Part shown: piece by piece, positions 13,110-26,250 of the stretch | Layout: the number at the start of each line of letters is the position of its first letter | Position numbering within the stretch: position 1 is the first letter of the stretch | Assembly: GCA_964016885.1 (NCBI GenBank) | Contig: OZ024740.1 | Location: 258,540,001-258,604,000, forward strand | DNA: 64,000 nt | Origin: Eledone cirrhosa | Taxonomy: Eukaryota | Reading direction: 5' to 3' | The notes under the pieces: generated by a model | What the model was told of the DNA's origin: nothing | The model's input: only the letters and a program-made list of their open reading frames with translations | Database searches by the model: none | Program-made: the position numbers and the translations under genes

Positions 13110-13680
13110 TTAAAGAAATTGGGGAGGGGAATTGAGTCCATGAGGGAAAGAGTACTCAAGGCGGAAAATCAGACACTGTTCAGTCCTGGTGTGTGAGGCC
13201 TGTGATCCGTGATATAAAAGGACACCAAGGACTGAGACATGTAGGGAAGAGTGACCTAGGAAATGGAAATGACGGGTGACGGGTTTATCCAGTCGGACAA
13301 ACGGCATCCCGTTTGTCCGATGTATAAGGACCCGCAAAGGAAACAACGGAGGGCATAGACAACGTGGGTGGAGGTGCATGTGAAGGAGTGGCGGATACGA
13401 TATGAACCGTTGGTGCCTGTGAAAGTAGTGAGGCTGGAAATCAAAGGACTGGTGTTACAGCGGGGACAAGAACAAGGATGAGAGTCCTGTGGAGATATAG
13501 GTGAGGACGAGAAGGAATTGCGAACCAGGAGGTTGCGGAGATTACGGGCGCGCTTAAATGCGGTGTTAGGTGGGTTAGGAAAAAAGTGAGAAGTGACGGG
13601 ATCAGAAGAGAGAGTGCGGAAGTAACGGACAATATGTTGCCGGAGATAGTAGGGTGATGGGGTGGTAGGTGAGACATCAT
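13110..13680 (-). pseudogene. PLE linker plus GIY-YIG endonuclease (Neptune-like), frameshifted
   Basis: AFKRARNLRNLLVR..CSCPRC..FTCTSTHVVYALRCFLCGSLYIGQTG; PVTRHF follows in the second frame. Confidence 0.85.
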
Positions 13681-13699
13681 CCCTCTCTATACCGTCATC

Positions 13700-14088
13700 C
13701 TTCATGATGTCGGCGCTCTCTGACACTTTTTAGATATTCGCCCTACCACTTACCCCACCACTGCCACTCTTCTTCGTCTGGCTGAGCTTTTTTTACCCTC
13801 AATGGGTTTTCCCTTTTCCGGTGAGTTCTACCAGCAGGTCTCTGGGGTAGCGATGGGAACTAGAATGGATCCGAACTATGCCAACTTGTTTGTTGGCTAC
13901 GTCGAAGCCCAGATCTTCTCCCAGTACGCTGAACTTACTCCTGGGGTATACGGTCGTTATATCGACGACTGTACCGGCGCCACCTCTCTATCACGTGAAC
14001 AGATCGACTGCTTTCTATATTACGTTACATGTTTTCATCCCGCTCTCACCTTCACCGCCTCCATCTCCGATTCTTCTGTCCCTTTTCT

Positions 14089-14165
<77 letters not shown>

Positions 14166-14375
14166 TCTCTCTCACTCACTCTCTCTCTCTCTCTCTCTCG
14201 ATCACACTCACTACACCTTCTCTACTTCCATCTCCTATAAACCTACTGACTCCCCTCTTTCTTACCACGACTTCCCCTCCTCCCATCCAACCCTCACCAA
14301 ACACTCCATACCCTACTACCAATTCCTCCGTCTTCGTCGGCTCTGTAGCCAGGACCACGATTTGAAAACCCATTC
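13700..14375 (+). pseudogene. PLE reverse transcriptase fragment, inverted relative to its endonuclease and interrupted by (CT)n
   Basis: YQQVSGVAMGTRMDPNYANLFVG, YGRYIDD, PFLDL, then YKPTD..SSHP..SIPYYQFLRLRRLCS. Confidence 0.88.
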
Positions 14376-14377
14376 CC

Positions 14378-14831
14378 GATTATGAGGAACCCACCACAAA
14401 CTATGGCTACAATTATGGCCGGGCAGAATATCTCAGGTGCAGCATCAGTCAGGGCGGTGGAGGACAGCCACTGACACCCGATGTATCCACTATTCCTTTT
14501 TACATGGCTTCTACTTCAAGCTGGACGAACATCTCCGGATGATTTTTCAGAGGAAACCACCAATGAGGAGACTGAGTTAACATATCTGGATGGCAACCGG
14601 CACGAAAAGCAGTCGATTAAATAATGGTACTCGCAGCTCTACTTGGCAGGGCCCGGTTTTGTCGTAGAAGCGATGCGATGTTGTTTCTGTCTCATATTAT
14701 AACTGTTCTTTTTTTATTTGTTTTCAATGTTATTTTTACTTTTAACTAAATATATTTTTGTCGTCTGTTAACTCTGTTGTATTTAATATTTTCTAATTGT
14801 AGCCATAGTTTGTGGTGGTTTCCTCATAATC
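14378..14831. mobile_element. 454-bp element bounded by 38-bp terminal inverted repeats (MITE-like)
   Basis: GATTATGAGGAACCCACCACAAACTATGGCTACAATTA at 14378 and its reverse complement (1 mismatch) at 14794-14831. Confidence 0.6.
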
Positions 14832-14869
14832 AGTTCTTTGAACAAATGCTTCGAAATATTTGTTCAGGT

Positions 14870-15368
14870 GCTTTAGGTTCTAAGTTCAAATTTCGATGAC
14901 GTCAGCTTCGCCTTTCAACCTTCTGGGGTCGATACAGTACCAGTCAAGTACTGAGCTCGATATAATTGACTTTCCCCTACCCCCAAAATGTCTGACCTTG
15001 TGCCAAAATTAGTAACCATTATTAGCTTTAGTTTGGGTGGATGGATTGGCAGTATCGGTAGAGGGTCGGACGCCATGCTTTCCAGCATAGTTACGTCCCT
15101 TTACGATCTGAGTTCAAATCCCGCCGAGGTTGACTTTGCCTTTCATCCTTACGGGATCGATAAAATAAAGTACCAGTAATGCACTGGGTAGTTGCTGGCC
15201 TTGTGCCTAAAGTTGAAACAATTATTAGCTTTAGTTACAGTCTGAGTTCAAATCCCGCCGAGGTTAACTTTGCCTTTCATCCTTACGGGGTCGATAAAAT
15301 AAAGTACCAGTAATACACTGGGTAATTGCTGGCCTTGTGTCTAACGTAGAAACAATTATTAGCTTTAG
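14870..15368 (+). mobile_element. Three head-to-tail SINE copies
   Basis: Core GTTCAAAT..GCCTTTCA..GTCGATA at ~14884, ~15112 and ~15246, each ending AATTATTAGCTTTAGTT or similar. Confidence 0.85.
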
Positions 15369-16011
15369 TTTCATTACCCTGGAGTTTTGCTTCTACATTC
15401 TGATAATCCTGTGAGTGCACGGGAGAAACTCCAGATTAACAAAACTCAAACTTGGCCTTAATAAAAAATATGTGTATGTGTGTGTATGTCTTTGTGTGTG
15501 TTTATATTGCTATAAACTTCTCTAGAGTATTACGTGTGTGTACGTGTGTGTTTGTGAGTGTTTGTGTGTGTCTATCTACAGACCTGACTATATTATGTGC
15601 GTGCGTGTGTGCGTCTGTGTTTTTTTTGTATCTATCATGCTACAGACTTGACTATAGTGTGTTGACATATAACGACATGTGTTAACGTTTAAAACATCGT
15701 TACATCGTCATCCATTTTAAAATGGTGAATAGCTCATCACTAGAAATGTAAACGTTTACACATATCTCTAACAGCAAGATTTCTGGGCGTGGTACTTATA
15801 GTTATGAGTCGTGCCTGTAAGTATGTGGGGGGGGGGGGGGGGCAGTATCTATCGATAAGGAATGAGCCTATGGTAAGCTATCAATAGTGTTGTTGTTGTA
15901 GGGGTGAGAGTGATATTCCGTTTTATTGCTGTTGCTATAGTAAACATAAACTCACGTCATTCTTCTTTAGCTTCTCGCTTTTATTTTAGTTATTTTACTA
16001 TTACTATTCTA

Positions 16012-16748
16012 AATAATTGTTTCTACTTTAGGCACAAGGCCAGAAATTTGAGGGGAGGTGAAAATCGACCCCAGTACATTACTGGTGCTTTATTTTATCG
16101 GCCCTGTAAGGATGAAAGGCAAAGATAACATCTCCGGAACTTAAACTCAAAACGCAAAGGAACGCTAACCATGTAGTCGAAAGATCTACCGATACCGCCA
16201 TTGTTAATAATTGTTTCTACTTTTGGCACAAGGCCAGCAATTACCCCAGTGCGTTACTGGTACTTTATTTTATCGACCCCGTAAGGATGAAAGACAAAGT
16301 AAACCTCGGCGGGATTTGAACTCAGAGTGTAAAGGGCCGTAACTCTGTGCTGCAAAGCATGGCGTCCGGCCTTCTACAGTTACTGCCAACCCACCGCCCT
16401 TGTGTTAATAATAGTAAGACCACCGCTACTGCTACTACTAACACCACCACAACTATTTCCATTAGTGAAAATATTATCACTATTTTTACCATCGTCGGCT
16501 TCAAACGAAGGCTTCAAAAACATTATTTTTGTCCGATGGCGGTGGATAGGCAGTATCGATAGAGGGTCAGACGCTATGCTTTCCAGCATAGAGTTATAGC
16601 CCTTTATGAGCTGAGTTCAAATCCCGCCGAGGTTAACTTTGCCTTTCATCCTTACGGGGTTGATAAAATAAAGCATCAGTAACGTACTGGGTCGACTCTC
16701 CCCTCCCCACAAATTACTGGCCTTGTGCGTATACTAGAAATCACTATT
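16012..16748. mobile_element. SINE cluster: two - strand copies (~16012-16200, ~16205-16398) and one + copy (~16538-16748)
   Basis: Same SINE core motifs as 304-496. Confidence 0.85.
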
Positions 16749-17836
16749 AATACCATCGTCACTGTTACCTTCATTATTGCTATCATCATCATCCTAATTA
16801 TCACCATCAACACTACTTTTACCATCAACATTACTATCATCATCATTATTATCATCATCATAATTATTATCATCGTCATCATCATCATCATCTTCACCAT
16901 CATCAACGACATCCTTCTATGTTAATGGACGTCTGTTGTGAATTCTATGTTTTTATGTTGAAGTAGACAAAATAGACCGCCATATGTAACTGGTATCCCC
17001 ACTTCTAGCTTCGTTGAGCCTTCCTCCCGATTATATATTTTGCCATTCATTCTAGCATAGACACACTGGAGTGGGGTGGGACCCGTCAGGCTTAAAATTC
17101 CCCAGAAACGTACGTCATTACGGCACCACTACCACTCCATGGAGTCCATGATGCTGTTGTCATATTTCTGTTTCTTGGTATTGTTGTTGTTAGTGTGGGA
17201 TGTGACTGAAGAAGAGGATGCAGTAGGAAATTAATAAGGGAAGCAAGCTCGCAACTAAGAAAGAAAGAAATAGAGAGGTGGAGAACAGAACGAGTGTGTC
17301 TGATGACTATAGCTAGTTGATTGTTATCATTATGATGGATCAGTTGCAAGCTGAGGGGATATACCTACCTAAACCCGTCACCACCTATCCAACTACTGTC
17401 ACATACATAATACTTACTGTAGAAATAGTAATCTATCTTTAAAAGTCCCGGTACAAATTATTTCGTTGAAACATATTTCCCAAGATTATATTGAAATAAA
17501 AGCCTTGACATAAAACGGAAGGAGTTTTGTATTTAGTTTTTCTATCTTTGGACTTTTTTTCTTATGTGGTGGACTATCGCCGGTTCCCATGACGCTCAAC
17601 GGATTACGATGATCGTGAAAGTAACATACGTATGGCTGAGCCTACTATAGCGACGTGTATCATTACCGTATTTCTGTAGGAGACTGTGACTAGGCTGGCC
17701 CTTTGAATTACATGTCAAATTTGGCTGGTGGACTGGAGCAACGATGAATAAAATATCAACGCATAGCCGGGAATAGAACTGGTGACATTATCATCGTGCG
17801 CCTAACACTCTGACCAATAAGTCAAACGTCATTAAA

Positions 17837-17947
17837 TTATTGTTTCTACGTTAGGCACAAGGCCAGCAATTACCCAGTGTATTACTGGTACTTTATTTTA
17901 TCGACCCCGTAAGGATGAAAGGCAAAGTTAACCTCGGCGGGATTTGA
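17837..17947 (-). mobile_element. 5'-truncated SINE copy
   Basis: Reverse complement of the SINE core and tail. Confidence 0.8.
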
Positions 17948-18174
17948 GGTCATATAATTATGACATATATTTAGTGTAGAGCGGTGAATTAGCAGAGTCG
18001 TTAGAACGTCGGATAGAATTCTTCGCAGGATTCGTTCCGGCTCACCGCACTTTGAGGCTACATCCCACAATGGTCAACTTTACCTTTCATACTTTCGAGG
18101 TCAATAAATAAAGTAGTAATCCAGTGCCTTGGTCAATTCGTACACTATTCAGCATTTGGTCATCAGACGAAAGA

Positions 18175-18370
18175 AGGTGGGTGTAAAAGCCAAACTCTCT
18201 ATCTTCAATAAGTATTCGTGTCAACCGTTACATATGGTCATGAATGTTGGGAAATGACGGGAAGAATATGATTGCGAATACAAGCGGCTGAAATGGAGTT
18301 CCTCCCAAAGATCTTCTGAGTAACGTTACTTGATGGAGTGTGTAGCTCAGAGATTATAGAGTTGCTACAG
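18175..18370 (+). pseudogene. RTE-clade LINE RT thumb fragment
   Basis: Degenerate ..TYGHECWEMT..RIQAAEMEFL motif typical of RTE ORF C-terminal regions. Confidence 0.55.
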
Positions 18371-18734
18371 ATGTAGCCACTACTTCTCTCCCCCCATGAC
18401 CTTCTCAGAAGAAGAAGAAGAAGAAGAAGAAGAAGAAGAAGAAGAAGAAGAAGAAGAAGAAGAAGAAGAAGAAGAAGAAGAAGGTTTCAAATTTGAAGAC
18501 TGTAGAGTAGAATTTGAGGGACATTTGGTTGTATTTAATACAGGTTCATAGATTTCCCTCATTAACTCACCTAATGGTAGAAATTATCTGAATAATCATT
18601 ACATGGTGGAGGTAGCATAGTGGGAGTAGCGTTGGCTTTAGGTGATGGTGGTTGTGCTGCTGCTGCTGTTGTTGCTGCTGCTGGTGATGGTGGATGATGT
18701 TGTTTAGATGGCAATGGTTTGTGGTATATAATAA

Positions 18735-19120
18735 TCAACCATTGTTGTGTGGATCAGGTTCTTGGACCTTGACACAAGAAATTAAGAAGAAACTAAATGG
18801 TGCATACTCTAAAATGCTTAGGGTTGTACAAAACATAAACTGGCATCAACGTATTCCGAAGATAACAATTATAGTTGCTCCAAGACGGTTAGTAATTGCA
18901 GGACATTGCTGAAGAATTAAACAGGAAGTTATACAGAAGCTACTATTGTAGGAACCAACTCACAGGAGACACAGAAGAGGAAGACCTGCTAGAACATTCA
19001 TTGGTCAACTCTCAGATGATACAAACCTCAGTAGAGAGTAGTTGCTAGGAGCAATAGAAAATCAGGAATCGAGGAGAGAATTTGTCAGAAATGTTCCACA
19101 GTGGTCACAATAAAGATGTT
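18735..19120 (+). pseudogene. RTE-clade LINE 3' fragment
   Basis: LLCGSGSWTLT..LNGAYSKMLRVVQNINW..RRLVIAGHC, then RRGRP; a related piece is at ~28720-28850. Confidence 0.7.
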
Positions 19121-19299
19121 GACGATACACAGAGTGGATAAGGTATTTGAGGACAGATTTATGTTTATAGAAAAACAGATGTATAATAGCAGATAATGAC
19201 TTAATTATCTTAAAAAAGTCATAGGCATAAAAATAAGTTGTTTTTATAATTGTATTCAACAAAGCTTCAATAACTGCTTATATGCGATATCAAAATCAT

Positions 19300-20230
19300 C
19301 TACATACTCGAATTAAATGGTCCTGGTTCATATTGGACATTATTCTGAATATGGTGGCTTTCAAAGAACCTTTGGTGTTATGGGGGTGTTCATTGACCTC
19401 TCGCTCAACAACGCTTTACATGTAGTGGTCCAATGGATTGAGATTTGGGGAGCTAGGAGGCCAAATGTTAGGAGTTTTGTAAACATGAACAGTTTCAGCC
19501 ATTCATTCCTGCGTTACTTGAGCCTTGTGTGATGGTACAGTGTCTTGCTGAACCACATAAGATCTTACATTACATACACTGTCTATCCAAGTCTTAACAA
19601 CTGTTTCCAGGACATCTATGTAGAGAGTAGAGTTAACTTTAAGACCTTGTGGAAAGAAGTGAGGCGGTATCACATGTCTTTCATTGCTGACAATCCCCCA
19701 AAACTTGACAGTTGCAAGAATCTTTGTGTGCATAACTGTTGGAATTCAGAAGGGTCTGCACATAACCCTCTGTGATTTCTTTTGTTAAAAATTTCTGAAC
19801 TGGGTCTGTGAAAAACAAAATCACATTCATCTCTTTTAGATCTGATTAAGCGATTTTCTTTTGTCTTTTCTGACATAAATTTACCTTTCTTCATCACATG
19901 AGATTTATATTTGATGCCATCGTGGACAACATTTCTGATTGTCCCTCTGACACATGGAAATCTTTTGCAAGTGACCTCATGGGTTTTCTGAGATTGTCAT
20001 CAATGGTCTACTGATCTTGCTGGATAAATTCAGGTGTTCTGATTATGTCATCAGAGCATTTGGAATGCGTTTTAAGCTCTGATACTGCTGATACGTTCCC
20101 ATCTTCAGTCTCTAATTCCTTATGACCTTTGTAGAAGAGAGATCTGGCGACTTTTGAAAATTGAGATATCTTTAAATCGCTATCAGCCTTTTAAACCACA
20201 ATTACAGCATGCCTTTTCATTTCCTGAGTA
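19300..20230 (-). pseudogene. Decayed Tc1/mariner transposase (DD37D/maT-like)
   Basis: PPHFFPQGLKVN..YIDVLETVVKTW..YVVQQDTVPSHKA and WPPSSPNLNPLDHY on the minus strand; many frameshifts. Confidence 0.8.
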
Positions 20231-20244
20231 AACGCGAACCCAAT

Positions 20245-20485
20245 AATCATATTGTATTGTTTATTACATAACTAAATAACTCTGTACTATATATATATAT
20301 ATAGTACATAGTTTTTAGTTATGTAATAAACAACACAATATGATTATTCCATTACCGAAGGTTTCACGAAGTCTGACGATTCTAACAGAAGCGTCTGATG
20401 AACGGATTCAGACGCTTCTGTTAGTATCGTCTGACTTCGTGAAACCTTGGGTAATGGCATAATTTTATTGTGGTGTTTATTAAAT
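20245..20485. repeat. Two nested fold-back hairpins
   Basis: ATAATCATATTGT..ACATAACTAAA / TTTAGTTATGT..ATATGATTAT around (TA)n; CCATTACC..CAGAAGCGTCTGA / TCAGACGCTTCTG..GGTAATGG. Confidence 0.8.
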
Positions 20486-21164
20486 AATATATATATATAA
20501 ATATATATATATATAATTATATATATATATATATATATATATAATTATATATGTGTGTGTGTGACAAATGAAATCGATATATAATATATAACAATCATGT
20601 GGCTCTGTGATCGCCAATGAGGGAATTGAAGCTAAAAATCCGAAACATAAGAGGGCTTGCACACTGCCATTATTTTAGGAATTGCCTTTCATCCTTACGG
20701 AGTCGATAAAATAATGTACCAGTAATACACTGGATAATTGCTGGCCTTGTGCCAAAAGTAGAAACAATTATTTTAGGAAATCATATAGCTAATATTTTGC
20801 AGAAATCAATAAATCAGGCAAAACTCAGACACAATAAGTATTATACTTCATACTTACTTAGCCACTAAGTTTTTATAATACATATGAAAATGATTTTAAA
20901 AAAGGATTTGATAAGAGGACCTGGTATATGTATAAACAAAGGATCTATATAACATGTATAAACATTGATGTTTGTAAAGTCAGTTTTCTCCGTTTGGGAT
21001 TTTTAATATCCAAAACGGAGAAAAGCGGCTATTCAAACAATTTAGCTCAATAACAAATTGTTTTTCCGTTAAAACTAATGAAAAATGTTTTGAAGATCCA
21101 AAACGGAGAAAGAAATCTTTGCCAACAACAATATTTTTATACATCTTATAAAGATCATTTATAT

Positions 21165-21246
<82 letters not shown>

Positions 21247-21809
21247 AAACTTGGGGAGGGTCATATTTGTGTAATATTGCCAGAATTAGTAACAGAACAC
21301 ACTCACTGTTTGGTTGGTTTTCGCTTTTCGCTTCTGTGTCTTTTATATCGGTAATCTAATTTATTCGGTCCTCAACGTTGCCATTGCCTGACCAACGGTA
21401 AAAAATAATACAGATACAATATAGACACAAACACATATATATAGTTTATCAAAGTTCTTTCGTTGCACATCTGCAACATCGTCAGTGGTGCTATTGTTTC
21501 CTCCCGTTATATTGTATGTCTACGCCACCTTTATTTAGTCTGTTTATATATTTATTTATTTATTTGTTTGTTTGTTTATTTTATTTTGTCTTCTTTGCGC
21601 ATGCGTTTGCGTGTGTGTATAGTGTTTTGTTTGATGTGTGTTCGTGATTGGGTGACTGTGTATTGGTTAATGTATTCTATGTTTACTAGTGTGTGTTTAT
21701 ATGTGTTTGTTGTTATTGTGCTTGTGTATGTATTTACTTATTTATTTATCTATTTACTTATTTATTTATTTATACTTCTCTTAGGTCAGTGTTGTTTGTT
21801 TGGGTGTTG

Positions 21810-21877
21810 CCTTGTCTGACGAACAAATGGGGACGTTTCTTGTATTCGTCTTATTCGGGAAACCTCTGGTAATGAGG
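21810..21877 (+). ncRNA. Putative type I hammerhead ribozyme (degenerate stem II)
   Basis: CCTTGT-CTGACGA...GAAAC-CTCTG-GTA-ATGAGG; stem I relies on G-U pairs. Confidence 0.5.
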
Positions 21878-22290
21878 TAATTATATTGTATTGTTTATTA
21901 TACATTAAATTATATGTATATATATATATATATATATAGGAAAATGCGTGGGATCCTTGGTACAGTTAGGTATATTTGAAAAATAAGGAAATGAATGACT
22001 TCACTTGTAGTTCTAAACAATTTGATTTAATTTTATAATATTATAATATTATGAGTTGGTAGATCTAGTAAATTCTTTGTTAACTTCAGTGGGAAGATTT
22101 TTAAAGATTCCTGGTTAACTTTCCTGGAGAACTTTCTCGCATTCGTCAGTGGCGATTGTGAAACTGAGATCAGATTGTTTTGTGATGTGTGACTCTATAT
22201 ATATGAGAGATTTGGATGTGTCTGAGGGTGGGGTGTGGTGTTAATGAGTGTGGGAGTGAAGGAGTGTTGATGAAGATTTAAAGGAATTAA

Positions 22291-22366
<76 letters not shown>

Positions 22367-22499
22367 TATATACATATACACAGAAAATGGTGAATGTTGA
22401 CCGCAAGATAATGAGATAGGAGTGGTTAAGAAAGGGATTGTAAAAATCCCCTCCTGCTGGTTCCATTTCAATAAATGACCTATGATGAATGCACTCATA

Positions 22500-22975
22500 A
22501 AAGATGCACAAATAATATATAGTAGATGCCAAGCACCCAACCTAAAGCAACTGCTTACCAAGGCAAAATTTACGTCTAATAATGAAGCAATGCAAGTTAA
22601 GAAATGTCGCGACCTTTGATGCGGAACTTGTGAAGAGGGTGAGCAAATCTTTAAAACAACCGGTTTTTCACAGTTAATGCAAATATGAATTGCAAAACCC
22701 AAAACTTGATTTACCGTGCAACTTGCCCACAATGTAAAGAATACTACATTGGTGAATCTGGAACGGATCTACATGATGACAGAGTTCGAGTACATAAACA
22801 AGAAATTAGAGGCCCCTCTGTCAGAAACACCACAAGCAGTGAACATTTCGCAACATGCGGAAAGGGAAAATTCACAATTTTCCCCTTCTTTAAAATATGG
22901 TCGGACAACGAACATTTTCGAAAATATAAAGAAGAATTCTTTATTAGAAAGTACAAACCACTATTGAACACAAAA
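22500..22975 (+). pseudogene. PLE GIY-YIG endonuclease (Neptune-like), disrupted
   Basis: RCQAPNLKQLLTKA..KCRD.*C..C..MNCKTQNLIYRATCPQCKEYYIGESG..RVRVHKQ..EEFFIRKYKPLLN. Confidence 0.85.
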
Positions 22976-23547
22976 AAAATGATATTTCATCTTCAAATAA
23001 CGGGATTCTCCACTCTCATATTGAAAAAAGGAAAATATCCAAATAGAAGTTGATGACATCCGCACTTTCAAACATTCGATCGTTGAAGAGAAGAAAAACC
23101 CTCAGAGGTACACTAACATTTCATTAATTCCCCCTTCCCCATCCCAATGTACATGTGAACTTAAATACTAGAATAGATGTGTATACATATATGTGTGTGT
23201 AGATGTGTTTGTATGTATGTCTGTTGGTGTACAGGTATGTGTATACATATACATGTGTACAGGTATGTGTATACAAATACAGGTATGTACAAATACATGT
23301 ATATGTATGTGTGCATGTGTGTGTGTATATATGAATATCTGTGTCTGTATGTATATATATTTATATATATGTGTGTGTGTGTGTTTATATTATGTGTATG
23401 TACATATTTGTGTCGGTGTGTGTATGTGTAAGTATATATGTAGGTGTATATGTATATATATATGTATATGTATATATATATATGTATGCATATGTATGTA
23501 TATATGTGTATATATATATATGTATATATGTGTATATATGTGTGTGT

Positions 23548-23591
<44 letters not shown>

Positions 23592-24333
23592 ATATATATA
23601 TGCGTGTGTGTGTCTATGTATGTAATGTATATGTGCTGTAAGTAGGTTTACATGTAGGGAAGTGAATATGTGAGCTAGCATGCCCCCCACTCACACACGC
23701 TTCTTCTTCCAAACCAATATCCCCAACATACATTTCTGACAAATATTTCAAAACTATCCTTATTCTTCTCTTTGTTGTCATCCTATCTTATCAAAAGACA
23801 TGTATCTTACACCTCATTAACCCCACCACCACCAAACACGCACCAAATTCACATTTAATATAGAAAATTATTGAAGGTATTCTTTATATATTTAAGAGAG
23901 TTGATTCAGCTATAAAATACGAATTTGAAAAACATCCAGCCATTATATTCATCAAAGGTTATTTATTGAAATGGAACCAGCAGGAGGGGACTTTTACAGC
24001 CCCTTTCATTAAAAACTCCCACCCTATTATCTTGCGGTCAACATTCACCATTGTCTGTGTATATATGTGTGTGCGTGTATGCTTTAATTCCTTTAAATCT
24101 TCAACAACACTCCCTCACTCCCACACTCATTAACACCCCACCCACAGACACATCCAAATCTTTCATATATATAGATCACACATCACAAAACAACCTGATC
24201 TCAGGATCTCAGTTTCATAATCGCCACTGACGAATGCGAGGTAGTTCTCCAGGAAAGTAAACCAGGAATCTTTAAAAATCTTTCCACCGAAGTTAACAAA
24301 GAATTTACTAGATCTACCAACTCATAATATTAT

Positions 24334-24512
24334 AATTGTCTCTACTTTAGGCACAAGGCCAGCAATTATCCAGTGCATTACTGGTACTTTATTTTATCGA
24401 CCCCGTAAGGATGAAAGGCAAAGTCAACCTCGGCGGGATTTGAACTCAGATGGTAAAGGGACGTAACTATGCTGGAAAGCATGGCGTCCGACCCTCTACT
24501 GATACTGCCAAT
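24334..24512 (-). mobile_element. SINE inserted into the PLE pLTR
   Basis: Full SINE core with a short ATTATAA duplication on both sides; absent from the mirror arm at ~22040. Confidence 0.85.
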
Positions 24513-24574
24513 TATAAAATTAAATCAAATTGTTTAGAACTACAAGTGAAGTCATTCTTTTCCTTATTTTCAAA

Positions 24575-24624
<50 letters not shown>

Positions 24625-24640
24625 TTTGAAAATAAGGAAA

Positions 24641-24687
<47 letters not shown>

Positions 24688-25806
24688 ATCAAAAGATGGT
24701 TAAAGGAGTTCCATGTATTTTATTATGCGCATTTCAAAAACAAACATCATCATGCAATAATATTTGTGTTTTCATCAGATAAAACAGGAGAACATGATAT
24801 GAAGGCTAAAAAACACTTGTGGATAGTGCAGTTTTAAATCAACATATGAGAAGTGGTTTTAGATTGATGTGTGATATTGGGAAAAATATTTTATTTAGAG
24901 AGGGGGGGTGGAAAGGGTGAAAAAGGGGAGGAGATGAGAGGGAGAGATGGGTGATAGAGAGAAAGAGATAGTTTTTATAACTGAGAGGAGATATATTGTT
25001 TTACATACAGAGGTTGAAAACCGTTGGAAGATAATGTATAAATTAAAAGAATTTGAAAATTAACGAGGAAAAAATATTTTATTTAGGGAGGAGGGGTGGA
25101 AAGGATGAAAAAAGGGGGAGGAGATGAGAGTGAAGGTGGAGAGGGAGAGATGGGTGATAGAGAGAAAGAGATAGTTTTTATAACTGAGAAAAAGATATAT
25201 TGTTTTACATAGAGAGGTTGAGAACCGTTGGAAGATAATGTATAAATTAAAGGAATTTGAAAATTAACGAAGGGAATTTATGTATGAAGATAGAGAGAAA
25301 AAATAATAATTGTGGATGAATATTCTAACGTCAAAAAAAGTGTATGTTGATAAGTATTGTGGCAATTTCAAAATTAACGAAGAGAAAAATTATTAAGGTT
25401 TGTGTGTAGAAGGATTTGAGAAAAATAATGTGAAGTTAAAGTTTGTATATTGAAGGAATTGATAATATATGCGAATAAAGAGTTAATATGTATTAAGATT
25501 GAGTTCGTTGATGGGGAGAAAAAAAAAAAATAATAATAAATTAAGGATGAAATTGAGATTAAAAAGATTTATGATAGAGAGAGAAAAAATAATAATGATT
25601 GCGGATGAATATTCTAACGTCAAAAAAACAAATGTATATGTTATGAAGGATTTTACAAGGTGAAGATAGAATGAGGGTAATGAGTAAACAAGTATTATAG
25701 AGTGTATAATGCCCATTAAAGTAAGGTGGGAAGATGGGTATATTTTAAAGAGGTGTATGTATATGTGCCTTTGAGAAAAGATTCTAAATTGATAAAGAAT
25801 TGAATA

Positions 25807-26070
25807 TTAACTGTATACTTTGTGAAAAGTCCTATGGAATTTATGCAGGCAGATAGAAAACAAATCTGTACGTCTATTTATTATAGAATCTAGGTTAGAG
25901 ATAATGGTAAATTTTTCATTTAGGCAGAGATTACAGATTTTAGATAGAGAGCTGTTCAAGTATGAGGATGCAGAAGAAACCTTCTTCCAAAAGATGGTAT
26001 ATTTAATGTTTTTGTCTTTTAAGGACCATATGAGTTCTGAGAGAGCAGTGTTGGTTCTTTTAAGTTTGTA
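25807..26070 (-). pseudogene. Naiad-like PLE GIY-YIG C-terminal fragment
   Basis: TALSELIWSLKDKNIKYTIFWK..CNLCLNEK..SICLHK; matches the C-terminus of the 35.3-36.4 kb ORF. Confidence 0.8.
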
Positions 26071-26183
26071 TTTGAAAAATATTTTTCCCAATATCACACA
26101 TCAATCTAAAACCACTTTTCATATGTTGATTTAAAACTGCACTATCCACAAGTGTTGTTTAGCCTTCATATCATGTTCTCCTG

Positions 26184-26250
26184 TTTTATCTGATGAAAAC
26201 ACAAATATTATTGCATGATGATGTTTGTTTTTGAAATGCGCATAATAAAA
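26184..26250 (+). ncRNA. Type I hammerhead ribozyme in pLTR (identical mirror copy at 24718-24784, -)
   Basis: TTTTAT-CTGATGA-AAACAC..GTTTTT-GAAAT-GCGC-ATA-ATAAAA; palindromic stem III ATGCGCAT. Confidence 0.78.

Larger units (their letters stand above)
21975..24572 (+). mobile_element. 5'-truncated Neptune-like PLE with inverted 5' pLTR (~21975-22480) and 3' pLTR (~23955-24572)
   Basis: The arms are reverse complements and enclose a GIY-YIG fragment; a SINE is inserted in the right arm only. Confidence 0.8.

Noticed and set aside
24220-24270. Hammerhead at CTGACGA in the Neptune-like pLTR
   Set aside because: I could not build stems I and III convincingly.
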